Shown here piece by piece: positions 58,201-64,000 of a stretch of 64,000 nt of DNA. The translations under genes and the position numbers were made by a program. The notes beneath the pieces are model-generated. The model did no database searches. It was not told the DNA's origin and was given only the letters and a program-made list of their open reading frames with translations. Where the stretch lies: contig JAFZKK010000161.1 of NCBI GenBank assembly GCA_017551905.1, forward strand, positions 64,599 to 128,598, in the 5' to 3' direction. Positions within the stretch are counted from its first letter, which is position 1, and every line of letters starts with the position of its first letter. Source of the stretch: Salinivirgaceae bacterium. Lineage in GTDB: Bacteria; Bacteroidota; Bacteroidia; Bacteroidales; SZUA-534.

Positions 58201-61200
58201 GCATCATCCATCCAATCGGAGCACCACTCCCAAGCGCTGCCGCTCATATCGTAGAGGCCCAAAGAGTTGGCTTTCTTTGTCTTCACCTCGTGCATTTTGA
58301 TTTTGCCGTTCACCGCGCTGTTATAGTTGTTCCAAGCCACGCTGTCAATCGAGTTGCTGCCGCTGTACTGGTAGCTGTCCCAATTTGAGCCGCCGCGAGC
58401 CAGATACTCCCACTCGGCCTCGGTGGGCAGGCGGTAGCCGTTCTTGTCGTAATCGGCCACAGCCGCATTCCAGTCGGCATTGTCGGTTGTTGGTATGTCG
58501 GCATAATCAAGTCCAAGCCAATTGGTTACGCCATTAACCGAGTAAACCGGTTCAAGGTTGTTTTTCAAACTGAGTTTGTTGCAGTAGGCAATGGCTTCGT
58601 ACCAATTGATGTTATAGACTGGACAGTTGGGGCCACGGCCACTATCGGCAGCGAATAATTGCTCCTGGGTAACTTTCATAACGTCGAACCATTCCTTCTG
58701 CGTAACCTCGTGGTCGCAAGCGTAGAGGTCGCGAATCACAATCTGGGTGTCTTTGACAAAGACAACGGAGTTGGCCATCGCTTCGGCGCCGTCGAAATAA
58801 GTTCCTGGCACCTCAATGAAATCGCTCAGCCATTTGGCGTAGAGTGTTGTGTCGGAGGTGATGGCGCCGCCAACAACAAACGGTGTCTGGCAATCGCTGT
58901 TGGTGTACCATCCGCCAAAGTTAAGTGTGCCTTTTTTCGGTGTGGGCAACTCATTGTGGCGGTAGCCTCGCCAAACTTTCATCGGCTCCACAGCCTCGCC
59001 ATCGTTGGTGTTGAAGGTTATGGTAACGCTATCGGTAATTACCGCCGTGCGCACTACGCGGAAACCGCTTCGGGTGTCTGAATATGTTGGTGCATTACTT
59101 TGACGATTACCAACCTCACAGTATTCACTCGATGTACCATACCAGCCACCACGTTCACAATGATAATTGGCATTAGCGGATTCGGGTCCGGTGGCGGGTG
59201 TTGAGGAAGTAATACTATTGTAGTAATCCCAGCACCACTCCCAAACGTTGCCGCACATATCGTAAAGGTCGAGCGAGTTCTTCTCCTTTGTTTTGACTTC
59301 GTGAGTTTTGTTGCCGCTGTTACCGCTGTACCAGGCCACACCGTCAGGACTGCTGCTGCCGCTAAATGCCATTTGTGGGCCGGTCAGTTCTCCACCGCGT
59401 GCTAAATATTCCCACTCTGCCTCGGTGGGTAGACGGTAGCCGTTGGCATCAAAGTTGCAGGTTACGGTATTGTTATCAATTGTGTAGCACTGTGTAAGAT
59501 TTTCTGCAGCGCTTCGACTATTGCAATAATTGATAGCACCCAACCAGCTTACCTGCTCAACAGGATAGTTATCGCCCGACGGGTTATTACTCGGGTTGGT
59601 TCCCATAACTGCCACATATTCACCCTGCGTAACCTCGTGGTCGCAAGCGTAAAGGTTATGTATTGCTAACTTACGGCCTACGATAAAGACGTGCGATGTG
59701 TCAACTCTCTGAGAACCATCGAAGTACGTTCCTTGAACTGACACAAAATCGGATTTTAGCATTTTGCCGTCGGCGATTATGCGCCAGTCGGCCGATGCCA
59801 GCCGGAACTTGCCAACTTCGGCTGCAAGTGTGGTTGATTTTTTTACACTGTCGGCAAGCACCAGAACGGTGCGGTTGTTGGCGTATGTCTGCGGTGTAAT
59901 AATGGCAGCAATGCCGGCTGTGAGCGGACCTGTTATATTGATATAAGTGCCGTCGACAAGATAAACAGGCGTGTTTTGGCTAATGGTTGCATCGCCTCTC
60001 ATTTTTAATGAAGTTGCGCTTGTTCTGCTCATTACACCAATGCTTACTGCATTATCGGCATAAATGGAACCCGATGTCATGGAAAGCGTACATCCATCGT
60101 ATAATAACACATCAGAACCAAACTTGTAACCTTCTTCATCCCATGTGTTGTTGTGAATGCTTCCGCCCGACATTGTGGCGCTGTCCGTAGCCTGCAAGAA
60201 CAGACCACCGCCACCATCACATCCGAAGTTATGATGAATTGAGCCGCCAGATAACACAAACTTGCATCCGACGAGGAAGAGTCCTCCGCCATAGCTGTTA
60301 AATTTGTTAGACGCAGTCGCCTGTTGTGGCTTTGGGTCGCAACCATTATAACGGATTTCTCCGCCATCAATGGTCAGTTCAGCATCTCCAATTTCATATG
60401 TTGAAATTCCACCGCCCTGATATCCAAAATTATACGCAATAACAGCACCTTCTTTTACAGTAACCTTTCCCGTATTACTAAAGTAAATTCCACCGCCTCG
60501 ATTTGCGTAGTTTGAATAATCGGTATTAGTAGCATTGTTTTTGGCATTTTTATCACCTACCACTCCACCGTCTATTACAAGTGTTCCGGCAGTGTAAACT
60601 CCGCCGCCTTTACCGTTCACGGGTTGATTATTTTCAATAATTGGCGTTGCTCTGTTTCCGCTAATACAAGCGCCACCGGCGAGCGTAACAGTAGCCCCTT
60701 CACTTATGTAAATGCCGCCACCGTTGGCTTCTTCTGCATACCCTTTAGTAATCATCAGGTTTTCAATCGTTACCGGAACGGCTGTGTTTATTGTAAGTGT
60801 TGTGCCTTCATTATTGCCATTCAGCGTATCCTGCGGTACGCCATCCCTGTTAATGCCGCGATAGCCTTCGATGGTGATACTTGAAGCATGGTCATTAAGG
60901 TCGGCAGGCAGCGTCTGTAAGCCAGTAACCGCACTATCAACACGGATTGTCCATTTCAAATCGGTTGGTTCAGCCTCCACGATGATGCTGGCGGCCGCAG
61001 CTAATGTCGCCAGTGGTTCAGCGATTGTGAAACCGTAGTTATCGTTTTTGGCGTTTTTGCTGCCGCTAACGTAAAGAACAGGTTGCTCAAATATTGCCTG
61101 ATAAGATGCTTCGCCAGCAACAATCACACTGCGTTCCTTGTCAGGTAAGCCGTCGCTCCAGCATGTGAAAATGTATCCTTCTTTAGCGTCAGCGGTCAAT

Positions 61201-63656
61201 GTCAATGTTTCGCCGTATGCATATCGTTCTTTATTCTCTGAAAATCTTACCTCGCCATATACATCATTGTTAGCCAAACCTTTCACAGCGAATCCTGCTT
61301 TCAAGGCGGCAAACCAACTCTCTATCTGCGCGACAGTCAGCTTATTCCGCTCTTCTTCAGAACCAAATACATCTTCGTTGCAATTGTCAAAATCCGCCTC
61401 GTTGTCATACAGTTGGCCGTTGCTCAATTGCAATTTCACTAAATCGTTTCGTTCATAAGGTGCGCCACCAGCTTTTATCATACCTTGAACAAGAATGTTC
61501 TGCAAAGTGGTATCGATGAACAACTTACCATTGTCAACAGCCATCAGCACGTTGTGCTCGGTAGTCATAACCAGATTTTCTTCGCTATCGTAGAATGTTG
61601 TCTGCCCGTCTTCAAGAAACGACGAGTAGCCGTTGTTGCGCATCTTTCGCTCATACACCATCAGTAGCGATGTGTCGCTCTTCGCAGGCTGTGTGTAGTG
61701 TTCGGGGGCGATTGCAAATTCACTAACGGCACTGCTCATAAAAATCGAGTCTGCATACAACACATTGTCTATCAGATAGTAGTTGCGATACTGATAATTG
61801 TTGTAGTCGTCACAATATTTTAAGTGAAGGTATTCGCCATTGTCGCTCTGATAGTAGGCGTAGGTAATAGTGTAACTATCTCCAACTTCGTCATTTCCTT
61901 TTAGGGCAATAGCGGCAATCTGTCCTGTTGTGCAGATGGTTTTCGGCTTACTGTCGTCGATAATCTTTTCAACCTTGCCTGTGCTGTTTTGCACCTCCTC
62001 TTCAACATAGGTGTTCATTTTGACAATGGTGCTGTCGCGGTTGACAACAATCATGTCGGTTTTTTGTGTCATGCCGATGACTGCGAAAGCCGAAGCCAGA
62101 CTTGGCGCAACAACCGGAGCAGAGCCAGGCTCGGTGCCGGTTGTGTCGGCGGTTTGAGGCTGGTCGTTAACATAGATTCGGGTGCTGTCGCGGTTGATTA
62201 TAAAGAAGTTGCTGTTGGCTTTTTGCGATGAGAGGCCAGCCACAGCAAAGGTGCTTTTGGCGGCTTTTGATGCGTCGTCCCATTCGTCGATGTAGATTAT
62301 TGTTCCGCTGCCGTCAACCACAAAGGCTGTCTGCACATCCTTGCCCGACTGTCCGGCCACGGCAAACCTACTTTTCGCCGCCTTAGCGTTATCGTCAGTG
62401 TTAGTGTCATCGTCAACATCGATATAGAACGTCGCCTGGTCGCCGTCGATGGTCAGAGCATTCTCTATGCCTTTCCCGCTTTGTCCGGCTACGGCAAACC
62501 TGCTTTTTGCGGCTTTGTCCGAGGTGTTGAAATCGACATAAACAGTTGAGCCGTCGCCGTCGATGGTGAACAGATTGCCATTAGCTTTGCCACCCGACTG
62601 CCCAGCCACGGCAAACCGGCTTTTAGCCGCCTTGTTAGCGTCAGTGTTAGTGTTTTCGTCAACATAGATAGTTGTGCCCGAGCCGTCGATAGTCAGCCGA
62701 TTATTGACAGCCTTGCCCGACTGTCCTGCCACGGCAAACCTACTTTTCGCCGCCTTGTTAGCGTCAGTGTTAGTGTTTTCATCAACATATACGGTTGTTC
62801 CTTCGGCATCTATAGTTAGAAGATTTCCTCCATCCTTTCCCGATTGTCCGGCCACGGCAAACCTGCTTTTTGCCGCCTTGTTAGCGTCAGTGTCGGTGTT
62901 TTCGTCAACATAAATAGTTGCGCCCGAGCCGTCGATGGTTAGCAAATTATTGAAATCTTTGCCCGACTGTCCGGCCACGGCAAACCTACTTTTCGCCGCT
63001 TTGTTAGCGTCAGTGTTAGTGTTTTCATCAACATATACTGTTGTTCCGTCAGCGTCGATAGTCAGCAGATTTCGCTCGCCTTTGCTTCCCGATTGTCCGG
63101 CTACGGCGAATTTGCTCTTGGCTGCTTTTCCGTTTTGGTTATCGTTACCGTCAACAAACACCTTTACGCCAGTCTCATAAACTGCGAACAAAAGTTCACC
63201 TTCGCTGTCACGCACTTCAAAAATCGGGTCTTCGGAAGCCTCTTTAGGCTGGATAACAGTGGTGGTGCGGGCTGCGTACATGGTGTAAGGGACAGGCTGA
63301 ATCTGCATTTGCCCTAAGTTCACGTAATTTTCGGTGCCGTCGGTGCTCACTTCAATCTGCATCATCACATTCATGCTTTCCCACGGAATGGCCGCAAAGC
63401 TGCCGGTTTTTGGCTCGCCCTCGCCAACACTAATGCTGATGTTGCCGTAGGCGTTGGTTTTCACTTTCTGAACCTCTTGATAGCAGACATCGTTGCCGCT
63501 CAAGATGCTGATTAACAGCGCAACGTCTTGATTGCTAGCAACTTGGCCGTTGTTGCGGATAACTGACTGATAACTGAATGAGTTTTGCGCCATAGCACCG
63601 GCCGGAACAATAGCCAATAACGCTATGAGCATCAGGGTCGAAAATAGTTTTCTCAT
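55281..63656 (-). CDS. giant secreted multidomain surface protein, paralog C (2791 aa from ATG 63656)
   Basis: Approximate residue ranges:
- Signal peptide MRKLFSTLMLIALLAIVPAGAMAQ and the conserved N-domain.
- 10 KAAKSRFAVAGQSGK repeats.
- Spacer, then InlB-B-like repeat (~786-842) and a beta-helix.
- SUMF1/FGE domain 1 (~1303-1537), Listeria-Bacteroides repeat, SUMF1/FGE domain 2 (~1611-1868).
- DUF285/BspA-type LRRs (MFFLCQKLVSADLRGINTEGVTDMSSMFFKCSLLTTLDLSRLNT..., ~1943-2053).
- Second beta-helix and a C-terminal PMP-like beta-helix (GGALYV, GGAMNL, FTGN, FTNN).
The track's start at 63707 adds 17 unlikely residues. Confidence 0.85.
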   Translation of the reverse strand: MRKLFSTLMLIALLAIVPAGAMAQNSFSYQSVIRNNGQVASNQDVALLISILSGNDVCYQEVQKVKTNAYGNISISVGEGEPKTGSFAAIPWESMNVMMQIEVSTDGTENYVNLGQMQIQPVPYTMYAARTTTVIQPKEASEDPIFEVRDSEGELLFAVYETGVKVFVDGNDNQNGKAAKSKFAVAGQSGSKGERNLLTIDADGTTVYVDENTNTDANKAAKSRFAVAGQSGKDFNNLLTIDGSGATIYVDENTDTDANKAAKSRFAVAGQSGKDGGNLLTIDAEGTTVYVDENTNTDANKAAKSRFAVAGQSGKAVNNRLTIDGSGTTIYVDENTNTDANKAAKSRFAVAGQSGGKANGNLFTIDGDGSTVYVDFNTSDKAAKSRFAVAGQSGKGIENALTIDGDQATFYIDVDDDTNTDDNAKAAKSRFAVAGQSGKDVQTAFVVDGSGTIIYIDEWDDASKAAKSTFAVAGLSSQKANSNFFIINRDSTRIYVNDQPQTADTTGTEPGSAPVVAPSLASAFAVIGMTQKTDMIVVNRDSTIVKMNTYVEEEVQNSTGKVEKIIDDSKPKTICTTGQIAAIALKGNDEVGDSYTITYAYYQSDNGEYLHLKYCDDYNNYQYRNYYLIDNVLYADSIFMSSAVSEFAIAPEHYTQPAKSDTSLLMVYERKMRNNGYSSFLEDGQTTFYDSEENLVMTTEHNVLMAVDNGKLFIDTTLQNILVQGMIKAGGAPYERNDLVKLQLSNGQLYDNEADFDNCNEDVFGSEEERNKLTVAQIESWFAALKAGFAVKGLANNDVYGEVRFSENKERYAYGETLTLTADAKEGYIFTCWSDGLPDKERSVIVAGEASYQAIFEQPVLYVSGSKNAKNDNYGFTIAEPLATLAAAASIIVEAEPTDLKWTIRVDSAVTGLQTLPADLNDHASSITIEGYRGINRDGVPQDTLNGNNEGTTLTINTAVPVTIENLMITKGYAEEANGGGIYISEGATVTLAGGACISGNRATPIIENNQPVNGKGGGVYTAGTLVIDGGVVGDKNAKNNATNTDYSNYANRGGGIYFSNTGKVTVKEGAVIAYNFGYQGGGISTYEIGDAELTIDGGEIRYNGCDPKPQQATASNKFNSYGGGLFLVGCKFVLSGGSIHHNFGCDGGGGLFLQATDSATMSGGSIHNNTWDEEGYKFGSDVLLYDGCTLSMTSGSIYADNAVSIGVMSRTSATSLKMRGDATISQNTPVYLVDGTYINITGPLTAGIAAIITPQTYANNRTVLVLADSVKKSTTLAAEVGKFRLASADWRIIADGKMLKSDFVSVQGTYFDGSQRVDTSHVFIVGRKLAIHNLYACDHEVTQGEYVAVMGTNPSNNPSGDNYPVEQVSWLGAINYCNSRSAAENLTQCYTIDNNTVTCNFDANGYRLPTEAEWEYLARGGELTGPQMAFSGSSSPDGVAWYSGNSGNKTHEVKTKEKNSLDLYDMCGNVWEWCWDYYNSITSSTPATGPESANANYHCERGGWYGTSSEYCEVGNRQSNAPTYSDTRSGFRVVRTAVITDSVTITFNTNDGEAVEPMKVWRGYRHNELPTPKKGTLNFGGWYTNSDCQTPFVVGGAITSDTTLYAKWLSDFIEVPGTYFDGAEAMANSVVFVKDTQIVIRDLYACDHEVTQKEWFDVMKVTQEQLFAADSGRGPNCPVYNINWYEAIAYCNKLSLKNNLEPVYSVNGVTNWLGLDYADIPTTDNADWNAAVADYDKNGYRLPTEAEWEYLARGGSNWDSYQYSGSNSIDSVAWNNYNSAVNGKIKMHEVKTKKANSLGLYDMSGSAWEWCSDWMDDASLNVRGGSVKCNPLEYSHNDWCNVKSRGGNAPYDKTWHFGFRVVRTAKPLYAVVGGVMYPDSASTIAAILGATDSIGVVLTSAVSAAALGNASTEGTIINAIKNNSNENAKFSLVVPKVANIVLTGEDCKDMFFLCQKLVSADLRGINTEGVTDMSSMFFKCSLLTTLDLSRLNTDNATNMNLMFNGCSALTTIYAALGANWSASTKLENSSSMFSECNSLKGGNGTKCDTSNVKDATRARIDGLNGQPGYFTLKPMSYYVNPNKNGAGLSADDALPTLAAALSKIVENDNPSLNYTIYISGTLNGPQTLPADLNGKASSITLCGLNGLDGYGVPQDKLVGYKSSTELTVSTTVPVTIRKLQITKGYDTNGGGINMCSGSHVTLSFGALVGEAATSVATESSYGNQGKRGGGIYNGGGNLILGDGSMVCHNYASVSYSEGEAGAGISCYGGTITVMAGAKVMYNYSSARGGGIALYDGAELYISGGNIDNNEAKGWGGGVFFSNNGDNPASTKMVMTGGSVSGNSVTGKVSNRNESGGGIYIDCGTVTISGNAQINNNSATVQGGGVGIGSGTFDMHGGILSGNTVEERGGAISYNSAGAYFQIGDSAYIPCSGLKQNDVWLPQSGTIKVTSELKHTAPVATITPASYTTTPVLSVANGVSLEDNAGRFAVTPNGNTLWAISDEGYLTQTINSASSLHSAINSVNASGISTTISLSENITLTRGFSGKDANHKINISGNEYYRISIQSETNDIVIKNVNFEEGYALSDCGGMLKLIGKDLQEDDEMEPAENLPSLTIENCTFRNCDASGSWGNDGGALYVRGYGKMSVKNSTFEITNGSSQETTSGGFIAAFLHKTQGLELTIEGCSFSGGMASFGGAMNLHAPDDVIVTIDNCTFTGNKAKSGGTAGAIDFFSSGKLNISNCSFTNNQGQWVDVDGDSYLANNVFLRGGQGILTNCTVDGVVVNETKNGAF
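61985..63240 (-). repeat. intragenic KAAKS-type repeat array in paralog C
   Basis: 10 units. Four consecutive units have the near-identical spacer YVDENTNTDAN. Confidence 0.85.
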
Positions 63657-63791
63657 AATGTAATGTGTTAATTCACAAATATTTAATTCATAACAGAGGG
63701 CTCCCATGAAAAAACAACATGAGAATCATGCAATTATATGATTTTTTGAATTGAAATACAAAGGAAAAAGTGGGCAAAGAGAGTGATTTTC

Positions 63792-63826
63792 AAAAAAAAG
63801 AAGGTCCAGCTTCCGCCAAACCTTCT
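63792..63826 (-). terminator. intrinsic terminator of the upstream (partial) gene
   Basis: The minus strand reads GAAGGT-ttggcggaagctgg-ACCTTC followed by TTTTTTTT. Confidence 0.6.
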
Positions 63827-63910
63827 AAACTATCATTAAGCAATCGCGATGAATCGCATCCCTACATTTTAACCCAACACCCAATACCTAACACCCAACA
63901 CCAATCAACC

Positions 63911-64000
63911 TCACATTCCCGAATACCTCTTATACCTCTCCTCGGCATCGGCGCTGCCTTGCTCGAACAGTTTTTCGGCATTTTCGGGGAAGCTGCGGGT
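63911..64000 (-). CDS. 3' end of an unidentified CDS (N-terminus outside the window)
   Basis: The open frame to the window edge reads ...TRSFPENAEKLFEQGSADAEERYKRYSGM*. It is followed by a terminator. Too short to name. Confidence 0.5.
   Translation of the reverse strand, partial: TRSFPENAEKLFEQGSADAEERYKRYSGM

Overview
This 64-kb chromosomal segment is from a Bacteroidales (Bacteroidota) bacterium. The evidence is the conserved rplM-rpsI / rpsB-tsf blocks, a T9SS C-terminal sorting domain, BspA-type LRR proteins, a BlaI/BlaR1-TonB pair, and TTTG/TAnnTTTG-type promoter boxes. Genus cannot be determined from sequence alone.

Left to right:
- The end of a phage-like module (partial holin plus a small ORF).
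- An unusual 2.3-kb ORF-free, C-rich, hairpin-dense region containing an internal ~330-bp module repeated at a ~472-bp offset.
- A 1364-aa BspA-like LRR protein with a T9SS CTD but no signal peptide. Two decayed tandem copies of its own 3' end follow it.
- tRNA-Gly(GCC) and tRNA-Leu(UAA).
- A housekeeping stretch: TPR-PP2C phosphatase, tsf, rpsB, rpsI, rplM, a PorW/SprE-like lipoprotein, e(P4) acid phosphatase, TerC, priA, a TonB-dependent receptor plus choice-of-anchor-J lipoprotein, dtd, trxA, holB, a patatin/beta-barrel protein, and a dnaE carrying an N-terminal DnaQ-like exonuclease fusion.
- The last 21 kb: three tandem, same-strand giant genes of 2358, 1805 and 2791 aa.

The three giant genes are the best candidate for something undescribed:
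- They share an almost identical leader, signal peptide, ~110-aa N-terminal domain and an array of about 8-10 copies of a ~40-aa 'KAAKS+FAVAG.S...L.TIDG.G.T.YVD' repeat.
- Beyond that point they diverge into different mosaics of beta-helix/PMP repeats, SUMF1/FGE lectin-fold domains, InlB-B-like and Listeria-Bacteroides repeats, DUF285 LRRs and a FISUMP-like domain.
- None has a lipobox, a T9SS CTD or a neighbouring export gene.

All functional calls are motif recognition by eye; no searches were run.
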